A stretch of DNA of 64,000 nucleotides from Candidatus Latescibacterota bacterium (GTDB taxonomy: Bacteria > Latescibacterota > UBA2968 > UBA8231), in contig CBDCDC010000001.1 in assembly GCA_965215195.1 (NCBI GenBank), forward strand, positions 192,001 through 256,000, written 5' to 3'. The notes beneath the pieces were generated by a model. It searched no databases. It was not told the DNA's origin and worked only from the letters and a program-made list of their open reading frames with translations. Of the stretch, positions 29,587 to 39,974 are shown piece after piece (position 1 is the first letter of the stretch; every line of letters begins with the position of its first letter). The translations under genes and the position numbers were made by a program.

Positions 29587-32500
29587 ATGCCGCGGATTTT
29601 CGACAACATTGAACAATCGCTCCGTCCAGCTCTGGCGGAAACCATGGAAGTTTCCGACCGGGCGGACTTCTGCGTGGGCTACTTCAACCTGCGCGGCTGG
29701 CGAGCCATTGACGAATACGGCGAAAAATGGGATGGTGGCGACGGTCATTGCTGCCGTCTGTTGGTCGGCATGCAGCGGTTGCCCCATGAAGAGCTTCGCA
29801 TTGCGAGAAATATCAGTGAAGAACAGCTAGACAACCAGACAGCGTTGCGATTAAAGCGCAAGCTAGCGGAAGAGTTTCGAGAGCAATTGACTATCGGCGC
29901 ACCTACCAACGCGGACGAGGCGGGCCTTCGCAGACTAGCGCGACAGATCGAAGCAAAGAAGGTCGTGGTCAAGCTGTTTCTCAGGCACCCGCTTCACGCC
30001 AAGCTCTACCTGTTGTTCCGCCCCGATCCGATCAATCCGATCGTCGGATATTTGGGCAGTAGCAATCTCACCCAAGCAGGGCTATCTGGTCAGGGTGAAC
30101 TCAACGTCGATGTGCTGGAGCACGACGCCTGTCAGAAACTTGCTAAATGGTTTGAGGAACGATGGAATGACCGCTGGTGCATCGATATATCGCAAGAGCT
30201 TCGCGAAATTATCAACGAGAGTTGGGCGAGAGAGGAACCAATTCCGCCGTACCATATCTACGTTAAGATGGCCTATCACCTATCACAGGAAGCACGGGCC
30301 GGCCTGAACGAGTTTCGCATCCCCACAGACTTCGGCAACAAACTACTTGACTTCCAGACGGCTGCAGTAAAAATCGCGGCCCATCTCCTGAACAAACGTG
30401 GCGGCGTCATTATCGGCGATGTTGTCGGGCTGGGCAAGACGCTCATGGCAACCGCTCTGGCGCGCGTATTTGAAGACGATCACGGACTTGAAACCTTAAT
30501 CATTTGCCCGAAGAATCTCGTTCCGATGTGGGAAGACTATCGCGAGCAATACCGTATGCGGGCTCTCGTCCTGTCGATCAGCCGCGTGATTAGAGAATTG
30601 CCCAACATGCGCCGTTATCGGCTGGTACTTATCGACGAGAGCCACAATCTGAGAAACCGCGAAGGCAAGAGATACCGCGCTATCCAAGAATACATCGCGG
30701 AAAACGACAGCAAGTGCATCCTACTATCGGCGACCCCGTACAACAAGACCTACCTAGATTTATCTAGCCAGCTTCGCTTGTTTGTAGCCGATGATGCAGA
30801 CCTCGGCATTCGCCCGGAACGCTTGCTCCAGCAGATGGGTGAGACCGAATTCGTGCGCCAGCATCAAGCCCCGATTCGATCCCTAGCGGCATTTGAAAAA
30901 TCTGAATACGCCGACGACTGGCGAGAGCTGATGCGTCTGTATCTGGTGCGTCGGACTCGCAGCTTCATCCAAGACAACTATGCTGCTACCGACGAGACCA
31001 GTGGACGAAAATATCTGACCTTTGAAGACGGCACGCGTTCCTATTTCCCCGCACGAGTCCCAAAGACGCTTCGGTTTGATATAGATGAGCAATATGCCCG
31101 GCTGTTCGCGGACAACGTCGTTGAGGCCATAAACGGTTTGGAACTCCCGCGCTATGGCCTAGGCAACTACGTCGAGCCATCGCCGCCCACGCCACCTACC
31201 GAGACTGAGACAAAGGTCCTAGACGACTTATCGCGTGCTGGCAAGCGCCTCATGGGCTTTTGCCGAACCAATCTGTTCAAACGCCTAGAGAGCAGCGGCT
31301 ATTCATTTCTGCTGTCGGTCGAACGGCACGTTCTCAGGAACTTCATTTTTCTTTACGCCATTGAGAATGACCTGCCGCTCCCCATCGGAACGACCGATGC
31401 CGGACTTCTGGATACGCAATCCTTCGACAAAGATGTCGATGAGAGCGTCGGAGACTTCTTCGATGCGGGAGAGGAGGATGAGCCTGAAGAGTCCAACAGA
31501 GCAACCTCACTAAGGACTGAGGCCGATTTCCGCCAACGGGCCGCCGAGGTCTATGCGCTCTATGCTAACCGCTATAAGAGGCGATTTCGCTGGCTGTCGC
31601 CACGCCACTTCGCTGCGGATCTTGGCAGCGCCCTCAGGGCCGATGCCAAGGTGTTTCTCGACCTCCTAGCCCAATTCGGCGAGTGGCACGCGACCAAGGA
31701 TGCCAAGCTAGGTGCATTGGAAGAATTGCTGAGGGATGAACATGCGGACCGAAAAGTTCTGGTCTTTACTCAATTCGCCGACACTGTGCACTACCTAGAA
31801 AGCGAGTTGAAGGTACGCGGAGTGCCGGACATGGCCGCCGTTACAGGGGACATGCCGGACGCGACGAAACTCGCTTGGCGCTTTAGCCCGAGGAGCAACG
31901 AGAAAGATGACCTCGGCAAAGAGGAACTGCGCATACTGATTGCGACTGACGTGCTTAGCGAAGGGCAGAACCTGCAAGACTGCGCCATTGTCGTGAATTA
32001 CGACCTGCCGTGGGCCATTATCCGCCTGATTCAACGGGCTGGCCGGGTTGACCGCATCGGCCAAATGGCGGACGATATCCAATGCTATTCCTTTCTTCCC
32101 GCCGAAGGGATCGAGCACCTGATCCGGCTGCGGGAGCGCGTACGGGAACGTCTTCGAGAAAACGCCGAGGTGGTAGGAACGGACGAGGCATTCTTCGAGG
32201 ATGAAGACCAACAGGCTGTACTCGACCTCTATAACGAGAAAGCCGGCATTCTCGATGGCGACGACGATACAGAAGTTGATCTCTCATCTTATGCCTACCA
32301 AATCTGGAAAAACGCAACGGAGGCCGACCCGCCGCTCAAAAAGAAGATCGAGGACTTGCCCTCCGTGGTCTATTCCTCGAAAGCCTACCATGAACGACCA
32401 GAGCAACCGGAAGGGGCTCTCGTTTATATGCGTACCGCACAAGGAAACGATGCATTGGCTTGGCTTGGCCGCGATGGTAGCAGCGTTACCGAGAGTCAAT

Positions 32501-32943
32501 TCGAGATTCTACGGACTGCCGAATGCTCGCCTGACACGCCGGCCTTACCGCGTCACGACACCCATCACGATCTGGTGAGTAAGGCCGTAGAGCACATTGC
32601 CCGCGAAGAAAAACAGGTAGGAGGCCAACTTGGGCGACCATCCGGAGCCCGATTTCGCACCTACGAGCGGCTCAAGAGCCATGCTGAACAGGTCGAGGGG
32701 ACCCTGTTCGATACGGAGCCCCTACGTCGGGCAATTGACGACATCTATCACTATCCCTTGCGTCAGGCTGCGCTGGATACGCTGAACCGGCAGTTGCGCA
32801 GCGGGATTTCCGATGAGGCACTTGCCGAATTGGTCATTACGCTCAGGGCGGAAGACCGGCTCTGCATCGTCCACGAAGAAGAAGAACGCCAAGAACCGAG
32901 CATAGTCTGCTCGCTGGGCCTTGTTAAACAGGATGGGAGCTGA
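29587..32943 (+). CDS. PLD-nuclease/SNF2-family helicase fusion (restriction-associated)
   Basis: VGYF, HAKLY...GSSNLT (PLD); [37 protein letters not shown]. Confidence 0.9.
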   Translation: MPRIFDNIEQSLRPALAETMEVSDRADFCVGYFNLRGWRAIDEYGEKWDGGDGHCCRLLVGMQRLPHEELRIARNISEEQLDNQTALRLKRKLAEEFREQLTIGAPTNADEAGLRRLARQIEAKKVVVKLFLRHPLHAKLYLLFRPDPINPIVGYLGSSNLTQAGLSGQGELNVDVLEHDACQKLAKWFEERWNDRWCIDISQELREIINESWAREEPIPPYHIYVKMAYHLSQEARAGLNEFRIPTDFGNKLLDFQTAAVKIAAHLLNKRGGVIIGDVVGLGKTLMATALARVFEDDHGLETLIICPKNLVPMWEDYREQYRMRALVLSISRVIRELPNMRRYRLVLIDESHNLRNREGKRYRAIQEYIAENDSKCILLSATPYNKTYLDLSSQLRLFVADDADLGIRPERLLQQMGETEFVRQHQAPIRSLAAFEKSEYADDWRELMRLYLVRRTRSFIQDNYAATDETSGRKYLTFEDGTRSYFPARVPKTLRFDIDEQYARLFADNVVEAINGLELPRYGLGNYVEPSPPTPPTETETKVLDDLSRAGKRLMGFCRTNLFKRLESSGYSFLLSVERHVLRNFIFLYAIENDLPLPIGTTDAGLLDTQSFDKDVDESVGDFFDAGEEDEPEESNRATSLRTEADFRQRAAEVYALYANRYKRRFRWLSPRHFAADLGSALRADAKVFLDLLAQFGEWHATKDAKLGALEELLRDEHADRKVLVFTQFADTVHYLESELKVRGVPDMAAVTGDMPDATKLAWRFSPRSNEKDDLGKEELRILIATDVLSEGQNLQDCAIVVNYDLPWAIIRLIQRAGRVDRIGQMADDIQCYSFLPAEGIEHLIRLRERVRERLRENAEVVGTDEAFFEDEDQQAVLDLYNEKAGILDGDDDTEVDLSSYAYQIWKNATEADPPLKKKIEDLPSVVYSSKAYHERPEQPEGALVYMRTAQGNDALAWLGRDGSSVTESQFEILRTAECSPDTPALPRHDTHHDLVSKAVEHIAREEKQVGGQLGRPSGARFRTYERLKSHAEQVEGTLFDTEPLRRAIDDIYHYPLRQAALDTLNRQLRSGISDEALAELVITLRAEDRLCIVHEEEERQEPSIVCSLGLVKQDGS

Positions 32944-32944
32944 A

Positions 32945-35900
32945 ATGCCGACAACTCTCGACAGAAACAAAGTCAAACAATATCTGGATAACTTCGATCT
33001 CCAGACACTTTTCATTGAGGAACTTGGCTGGGACCGCGGTGGCACGGACACACAAGCCATGGTCGCAGGCAATGCGTATGATCTCGAAGCTATTGCTCAC
33101 AAGCGCGGCATGGTCGCCTACCAATACAGGGCGGACTCGGACGACGCCTTCCCGGACCATCCCACTCGACAGAAGATTGAGAAAACCGTCGTCAAGACCG
33201 TCCGCGAACACATCATCGTTTACACCTCATCCGACAGGGGCACACACCATTGGCAATGGGTGAAGCGTGAACCCGGCCAGCCTGACCGCTCGCGTTCGCA
33301 TATTTACCAAAGGGGGGAGGCTAGAGAATCACTGATTCAGAAGTTGGAGCAAATCGTCTTCACGCTGGACGAGGAAGCCGACCTGACCATCGTCGATGTA
33401 TCGGGGCGGGTGCGCGCGGCCTTCGACGTCGAGAAGGTCACAAAGAGATTCTACGACTGCTTCAAGAAAGAACACCACGCCTTCCTCAGCTTCATCGAAG
33501 GAATCGAGAATGTAGCTGACCGCGAGTGGTACGCCTCGCTGATGCTCAACCGGATGATGTTCATCTACTTTATTCAGAAGCGGGGTTTCCTCGACAACAA
33601 CATCAACTACCTGCGCGACCGCTTGGACCAAGTGCGGCAACAGGGCAACGGCAAATTCCACAATTTTTACCGCTTGTTTCTCCTCAAGCTCTTTCACGAA
33701 GGCTTGGGTCAGCCCGAGGCGGACCGTGCCCCTGAGTTGGCGCAATTGCTCGGCAAAGTCCCGTATCTCAACGGCGGCTTGTTCGACGTACACGACCTAG
33801 AGCAGAATAACCAAGATATTCGCATCCCGGACGAGGCATTTCAGCAGATATTCGATTTCTTCGACGCCTACCAGTGGCACCTCGACGACCGGCCGCTTCG
33901 CAAAGACAACGAGATCAATCCCGACGTGCTCGGCTACATCTTTGAGAAGTACATCAACCAGAAGCAGATGGGGGCCTACTATACCAAGGAGGACATTACC
34001 GGCTACATCAGTCGCAACACCATCATCCCGTTTCTGTTCGACCGAGCGAAGAAGGAGTGCGCCATCGCTTTCGAGCCCGGTGGCGGGGTGTGGCGGCTGT
34101 TAGCGGATGACCCAGATAGGTATTTCTACGAGGCTGTCCGCCATGGCATCACATATAATATCCATACTAGAAAGCCCCTTGCGGAAAAGCGCGAGCTACC
34201 GCCTGAGATAGCTGTTGGCTTAAAAGATGTGTCCAAGCGCGGAGATTGGAACAAGGCGGCCCCGCCCGACTATGCCCTTCCCACCGAAACTTGGCGTGAG
34301 CACGTGGCCCGCCGCCAACGCTATGAAGAGGTCCATGCCAAGCTCGCTGCCGGCGAGGTCACGTCAATCAACGAGCTCATCACGTACAATCTGGACATCG
34401 AGAAATTCGCCCAAGACGCGATCGCCGGGAGCGAGGGGCCGGAACTGGTTCGTGCCTTCTGGAAGGCGATTACTCAGGTCTCCATCCTCGATCCCACCTG
34501 CGGTTCCGGTGCCTTCTTGTTTGCCGCGCTCAACATCTTGGAGCCGATATACACTGCCTGTCTAGAGGCCATGCAGGGGTTCCTCGACGATCTGGGGCGC
34601 TCGGAACGCAAGCACCGCCCAGAGAAACAAAGTGACTTCCGCAAGGTGCTAAAACACGTCGCCGAACACGCCAGTGAACCGTATTTCATTCTCAAGTCTA
34701 TTATTGTCAATAACCTGTACGGCGTGGACATCATGGAAGAGGCCGTGGAAATCTGCAAACTGCGCCTGTTTTTGAAGCTGGTCGCGCAGTTGGAGAGTTA
34801 CGAGCAGATCGAGCCGCTGCCCGATATCGACTTCAACGTCCGCGCTGGCAACACACTCGTTGGGTTCACTTCGTTTAAAGAAGTAGAAAACGCGCTGAGT
34901 TTTGACCTGAGAAAACTGCCGGAGCTTCCAAAAATCGAAGAACGCGCTGAAATCGCTGACCGCGCCTTCCGCAAGTTCCGCGAGATGCAGACTGAACACG
35001 GCATGGACGCGGGTGAATTCACCAGAGCCAAGACTGACTTGCGGAAACGTCTAGATGAACTGCGGGCGGAATTGGACAGCTACTTGGCCGGAGACTATGG
35101 GGTGAAAGTTGACGACGAGACAGCTTATAGGCAATGGCGCGAAAATCACCAGCCTTTCCATTGGTTCGTCGAGTTTTATGGGATTATGGACGGCGGTGGG
35201 TTTGACGTAATTATTGGGAATCCGCCGTATGTCAACTGTAAGTCGCTTGGATACGTTGTGCAGTCTCCTAAGTCCTTAAAATTTCCGGATATTTATGGTT
35301 ATGTAGTCATACAGTCACATTGCATTATAAGCAAGCACGGACGGTGCGGATTTATTGTTCCTCTCTCATTGACCTTCAGCTTTGAATTTTCTGATCTCCG
35401 AGGACAGCTAGCTAGCAGTGGAACTCATTGGTTTTCTTCATTCGACAACATTCCAGCAGCACTCTTTTCTGGAGTAAGTCAGCGATGCACAATCTGGCTT
35501 AGTTCCTCGGAAAACGGTGATTCGTTTGCTACTCGTCTTTTCAGATGGCGCTCAGCATATCGAACTTTTCTGTTAGATAATGTAATCTACAACAAGGCGA
35601 CAAATAGAGTTCCTGCCGCAAGTTTCGGTATTCCCCGCTTGGCGAATCGTTTCGGTACAAAATTGTTAGCGCTTCATATCAAATCATCTTCTTCAAAGTT
35701 AATCTCACCCCGCGGTGCAGGCAGGGCAACAGTCAGATTGGGATTCTCACCAACGGCGCGAAATTTCATCTCCACATATATCGAGCCACCGCCGGTATTG
35801 CATGCGGATAATGGGAGTGTACTCGGTCCTACTCAATGCGGCTGGGTGACTTTGCCTTCAACGAAAAAAACATTTGCAGCTCTCGCGATCACAGCAGGCG

Positions 35901-36388
35901 ATGCCTGTTTCTGGTATTGGCTAACGCGAGGAGATGGATTCCACGTTACAAACTGGTTGCTCATTGACCTTCTGGCTCCCATCGATTCGTTTCCACCAGA
36001 TCATTTGTGCAGACTGGCCATCATCGGAGAATTACTGCACAAGCACAGATATTCTGCGCTTGTCTTCAAGAAAAACGCAGGTAAATATGTTGGGAATTTC
36101 AACTATCAAAAGCTACTTTTGCTGACAAGAAAGGCCGACATCTTGTTTCTATCGGGATTAGGTGCTGGTTGGGATGATTTGAGGGAATTATTCTCCTTCA
36201 TTTCCTTGGTACGCGGTATTAACCAAGAAGCTGGTGAGAAGAATATACCCATGTCAGTAAGAGAACTTTTTTTGCCACCGGGTTCCATTGACTTCTACAC
36301 TGATCACCGTCTGCACGAAATTGACGAGTGGATATCAACGACGTACTCGATTGAGCCTAGGCTAGTTGATGGGATTTCGTTGGCATGA
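32945..36388 (+). CDS. Type IIG/Eco57I-like N6-adenine DNA methyltransferase with C-terminal TRD
   Basis: YLNGGLF, LGYIFE, GAYYT, DPTCGSGAF (motif I), GNPPY (motif IV); AT-richer C-terminal third. Confidence 0.9.
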   Translation: MPTTLDRNKVKQYLDNFDLQTLFIEELGWDRGGTDTQAMVAGNAYDLEAIAHKRGMVAYQYRADSDDAFPDHPTRQKIEKTVVKTVREHIIVYTSSDRGTHHWQWVKREPGQPDRSRSHIYQRGEARESLIQKLEQIVFTLDEEADLTIVDVSGRVRAAFDVEKVTKRFYDCFKKEHHAFLSFIEGIENVADREWYASLMLNRMMFIYFIQKRGFLDNNINYLRDRLDQVRQQGNGKFHNFYRLFLLKLFHEGLGQPEADRAPELAQLLGKVPYLNGGLFDVHDLEQNNQDIRIPDEAFQQIFDFFDAYQWHLDDRPLRKDNEINPDVLGYIFEKYINQKQMGAYYTKEDITGYISRNTIIPFLFDRAKKECAIAFEPGGGVWRLLADDPDRYFYEAVRHGITYNIHTRKPLAEKRELPPEIAVGLKDVSKRGDWNKAAPPDYALPTETWREHVARRQRYEEVHAKLAAGEVTSINELITYNLDIEKFAQDAIAGSEGPELVRAFWKAITQVSILDPTCGSGAFLFAALNILEPIYTACLEAMQGFLDDLGRSERKHRPEKQSDFRKVLKHVAEHASEPYFILKSIIVNNLYGVDIMEEAVEICKLRLFLKLVAQLESYEQIEPLPDIDFNVRAGNTLVGFTSFKEVENALSFDLRKLPELPKIEERAEIADRAFRKFREMQTEHGMDAGEFTRAKTDLRKRLDELRAELDSYLAGDYGVKVDDETAYRQWRENHQPFHWFVEFYGIMDGGGFDVIIGNPPYVNCKSLGYVVQSPKSLKFPDIYGYVVIQSHCIISKHGRCGFIVPLSLTFSFEFSDLRGQLASSGTHWFSSFDNIPAALFSGVSQRCTIWLSSSENGDSFATRLFRWRSAYRTFLLDNVIYNKATNRVPAASFGIPRLANRFGTKLLALHIKSSSSKLISPRGAGRATVRLGFSPTARNFISTYIEPPPVLHADNGSVLGPTQCGWVTLPSTKKTFAALAITAGDACFWYWLTRGDGFHVTNWLLIDLLAPIDSFPPDHLCRLAIIGELLHKHRYSALVFKKNAGKYVGNFNYQKLLLLTRKADILFLSGLGAGWDDLRELFSFISLVRGINQEAGEKNIPMSVRELFLPPGSIDFYTDHRLHEIDEWISTTYSIEPRLVDGISLA

Positions 36389-36407
36389 CTATTGAGGGGA
36401 ATTTAAA

Positions 36408-37397
36408 ATGACCATACTAAACAAAACAGACTTATTCCATTCACTGTTCGATGCCTTTCGCCAGAACACAGATTCTGTCTATTTTGTAGGTGGAGATAAC
36501 CCGTACCGATTCTCTTTCAAAGGCAAATTCGTTACTATTTTTGTTGGTAACATTCACTTTGCTAAGCGCACTGATCCAGATGAATATCGGATCCAATGCC
36601 CAGGTAATCTGCCAGCGACGCTGTGCAACAGCAAGCTAAGGGGAGACACGGTACTCATCTTAGGATTTTCTGCAGACGTACATGCCTTCAGTACATGGGA
36701 TCCAGGTAGATTCTTGGATCGGAACCCGAGAGTCCAGCGGTTTTCTGTTTATACTCGATTATCGCGCCTGCAAGAGGCTGCCGCACAGGGATTCTCAACT
36801 CATACCGATACCTCTGGACAAGTCGTGGTCATGTTTCGCCCCGATCTCATCGGCTTGTACTTGGAAAACTCAACAGTACTTCACCAAGCTACTGCTCGGA
36901 AGTTGCGAGAGATAGCCAAAGTCTATAGTAACACCCAATCAGGACAACCTCCTGTGCGACCAATCACTGTTAAACGACAGAGAATTCGGATAACCAGTAC
37001 TGAGTATCCTCGAAGCCCAAAGTTCAGGCAAGATGTGTTAGGAGCGTACTCCTATAGGTGTGCAATGTGCGAGGTTCAATTAGACCTTGTAGAAGCCGCT
37101 CATATTGTACCACACTCTCATCCAAAAGGGCTTGATATAGTGAGTAATGGCTTGGCCCTTTGCGCTCTACATCATCGGTCTTTCGACACGGGACTACTCT
37201 ATGTTCGGGACGATTATTCAATCCATCTGAACCGAGCTAGGGCCAGACACTTGAAAAAGATGGGCAGATCTGATGGGCTAAAGAGGTACAAACGGCAACT
37301 TAGACGTGAACTGCTTCTGCCCATCGAGCATGATTTGCTGCCTGCACCGGATAACCTTACTCTCGGAAATGATCTTCGGGGAGTTGAGTTAGACTGA
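36408..37397 (+). CDS. HNH endonuclease with N-terminal recognition domain (putative type IV/modification-dependent)
   Basis: FRQDVLGAY..RCAMC...EAAHIVP...NGLALCALHHRSFD. N-terminal DEYRIQ...ILGF...WD recalls the methylase-associated X1 domain (from memory, unverified). Confidence 0.85.
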   Translation: MTILNKTDLFHSLFDAFRQNTDSVYFVGGDNPYRFSFKGKFVTIFVGNIHFAKRTDPDEYRIQCPGNLPATLCNSKLRGDTVLILGFSADVHAFSTWDPGRFLDRNPRVQRFSVYTRLSRLQEAAAQGFSTHTDTSGQVVVMFRPDLIGLYLENSTVLHQATARKLREIAKVYSNTQSGQPPVRPITVKRQRIRITSTEYPRSPKFRQDVLGAYSYRCAMCEVQLDLVEAAHIVPHSHPKGLDIVSNGLALCALHHRSFDTGLLYVRDDYSIHLNRARARHLKKMGRSDGLKRYKRQLRRELLLPIEHDLLPAPDNLTLGNDLRGVELD

Positions 37398-37563
37398 GAA
37401 GTCGACAATGTTTTCCAGAATCGAAATAGATGAACTGGACTGGACTTTGGCTATCAGGATCTCTTTGATATTCCATAGCTGCCGAGTAGACCCATCAATT
37501 AGTGTGGCAATAGGGACAAGATAACGAAGTAGTAGGTGTGCAAATTAAACCGGACGTGAGCAA

Positions 37564-38202
37564 TTGAATACCATACGCTATGGATTGGGAGCACCGGACA
37601 TCCCAGCGGCATTGCGGCGTTGTGCTGACGCCGGAAGCGCACCTGCGTTCACATTGAAAGGCGACCTCGGCATACTTGACAGCACCCAGATTGGCTTCTT
37701 CTGTTCCGTGCGCTGTCCGGGCGACGTGCTCCTCAAGACCTACGATCTTGCGCGGATGCTGCGCGAAACCAACGTGACGATTGTCGGCGGTTTCCAGTCG
37801 CCGATGGAAAAGGAGTGCTTGAACCTGCTGTTGCGCGGCGCGGCGTCCGTGGTGGTCTGTCCGGCGCGAGGGCTTGGCCGGATGCGAATTCCGAAAGGCT
37901 GGAGGGGCCCGCTGGCTGAAGGGCGTTTGCTGATTCTATCCTTTTTCGCCGACGGCATTCGCCGACCCACAGCCGATCTTGCGGTCAAGCGCAATGCCTA
38001 TATCGCTGCGCTCGCCAACCGCATCCTTATTGCCCATGCCGAAAAGGGCGGCAAAACCGAGGCATTGTGCAAGGAAGCACTCACCCACGGAAAATTAGTG
38101 TTTGCCATAGACTCCCCAGATAACGCGCATCTCGTAGAACTCGGCGTTGTGCCGGTCCAGGCTGAAGACCTAGTGAACCTTCTATTAGCTGAAGAGGAGT
38201 AA
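37564..38202 (+). CDS. DprA/SMF (SLOG) Rossmann-fold single-domain protein
   Basis: FCSVRCPG, GGFQSPME, RNAYIAALA, GGKT; lacks DprA SAM and winged-helix domains. Confidence 0.8.
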   Translation: MNTIRYGLGAPDIPAALRRCADAGSAPAFTLKGDLGILDSTQIGFFCSVRCPGDVLLKTYDLARMLRETNVTIVGGFQSPMEKECLNLLLRGAASVVVCPARGLGRMRIPKGWRGPLAEGRLLILSFFADGIRRPTADLAVKRNAYIAALANRILIAHAEKGGKTEALCKEALTHGKLVFAIDSPDNAHLVELGVVPVQAEDLVNLLLAEEE

Positions 38203-38285
38203 ACTTTGACCGTAAGCAAGTTCAAAGAACGTCGTGTACATCTTCTCACCGCCGTTACTAACCAGCTTGACGCTGGGAACGCAGC

Positions 38286-39974
38286 ATGAGAGTCACTGCC
38301 GTCCGTATAGAGAATTTTCGTGGCATCAAGCACCTCAAACTAGAGCTTGACGAAACTACGGTTCTGATTGGCGAGAATAATTCGGGCAAGACAGCGGTAC
38401 TCGACGCCTTGCGACTCTGCCTTCGGGATCTCGGGTCGCGGCGGCGCACCGTCTTCGATACCCTCGACTTCCACTTACCCGATACAGGTGCTGAGCCTGC
38501 CTCCGCGGAGCCAATCCAGATCGAAGTCTCGTTCTCTGAGCAAGAGATGGGCGAATGGAACGATCAACTGGTTGGCCGCCTCAATAGAGACGAAATTCTT
38601 CAGGTTGGAGACGACGGACGCAACCATGTGCTCCTGCGGGTGACCTGCAAATACGATTCGACCAGCCGAGATTTCGCACAGGAGTGGTCATTTCTGAACT
38701 TGAATCGGGACCCCCTGACCAATGTGGGACCTCAAGCACTGGCGAGAATCCAGCAAGAAGTTCCCTACTTCTATCTGACCGCACTTCGCGACGCGGCTCA
38801 CCACTTCGATGCGAGTGGCCCGTTCTGGCGGCCATTTCTGAAGGACACCCAACTCCCTATCGAAAAGAAAACTGAAATTGAGCAGAAACTGCGCGCGGTC
38901 AATGAACTCGTCGTCAATTCGCATGCTAGCTTCGGGCAAGTCCGAACGGCACTCCGCCAAGTGCAAGATGTGGTTCCCTTAGCATCGGGTGATGTTGTTT
39001 CGATTGAAGCCGTCCCTGGACGAATGTTCGACATGCTGGCCAAGGCCCAGATTCACTTGGGAACGATGACCGGGGCGAAGATCCCTGTGGGACGACACGG
39101 GGAAGGAACGCAGAGCCTTGCGGTGCTGATGCTATTCTCTGCCTTTCTCAAATTGTCGCCGGACAGGGACCCGATTGTGGCGCTAGAGGAACCGGAGGCT
39201 CATCTGCATCCTTCGGCGGTACGAGCACTCTGGCACCTAGTACACGACTTTTCAGGACAGAAGTTGATCTCGACACACAGCGGTGACCTGCTTGCAGAGA
39301 CCGACATCCATCACATCCGCCGCCTTTCGCGTACGCCGGATGGCATCTCAGCCTTCCAGATTCCTGCAAATCTCCTGTCGGCCGAAGAGAGGCGGAAATT
39401 CAACTACCACATCCGGCTAGTACGCGGAGAACTCCTCTTCGCACGCTGCTGGCTACTAGTCGAAGGGGAGACCGAGGCGTGGATCTATCCTGCGGCGGCC
39501 CGTGCTCTTGGCAAAGACCTCCACCGCGAAGGTGTGAGAGTGATCGAATACAGACAGACCGATGTTGGCTTGCTGACGAAAATTGCGAATGCGCTAGGTA
39601 TCGCTTGGTACTGCGTGGGGGACGACGATTCTCAGCGCCAGAAAACCGAGTCGAAGGTTAAGGAGAATTTGGGTTCAGCCGATTATGCGGACCGGCTCGT
39701 TTTCCCGTACATTGACATCGAGATTCATCTTCTCGGCAACGGATATGACGGGATATATGCGCCCTTCATGCCAGAACAAAATCTGGCCAAGATGGAGAAG
39801 AAACCAAGCGATCCGGACTACTGGATCGAATATGCCAAGAATCTTCCGAGAAAGGCCAAGACCCATGCGGCGGCAGATGTGGCAGTCGAAATGGAAAACC
39901 GTGGCATGGAGGGTGTGACGGAGGAGATTCGCGATGTGTTGGATAAGGTTATCTCACTGTCAGGAGGTGAATGA
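38286..39974 (+). CDS. OLD-family ATP-dependent nuclease (GajA-like)
   Basis: IENFRGI, GENNSGKT, GEGTQ, LEEPEAHLHP, STHS; TOPRIM LVEGETE and DDD. Confidence 0.9.
   Translation: MRVTAVRIENFRGIKHLKLELDETTVLIGENNSGKTAVLDALRLCLRDLGSRRRTVFDTLDFHLPDTGAEPASAEPIQIEVSFSEQEMGEWNDQLVGRLNRDEILQVGDDGRNHVLLRVTCKYDSTSRDFAQEWSFLNLNRDPLTNVGPQALARIQQEVPYFYLTALRDAAHHFDASGPFWRPFLKDTQLPIEKKTEIEQKLRAVNELVVNSHASFGQVRTALRQVQDVVPLASGDVVSIEAVPGRMFDMLAKAQIHLGTMTGAKIPVGRHGEGTQSLAVLMLFSAFLKLSPDRDPIVALEEPEAHLHPSAVRALWHLVHDFSGQKLISTHSGDLLAETDIHHIRRLSRTPDGISAFQIPANLLSAEERRKFNYHIRLVRGELLFARCWLLVEGETEAWIYPAAARALGKDLHREGVRVIEYRQTDVGLLTKIANALGIAWYCVGDDDSQRQKTESKVKENLGSADYADRLVFPYIDIEIHLLGNGYDGIYAPFMPEQNLAKMEKKPSDPDYWIEYAKNLPRKAKTHAAADVAVEMENRGMEGVTEEIRDVLDKVISLSGGE

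Noticed and set aside
29587-36388. Calling the island DISARM or BREX
   Set aside because: No DrmA/DrmB, PglZ or BrxC-like genes present.
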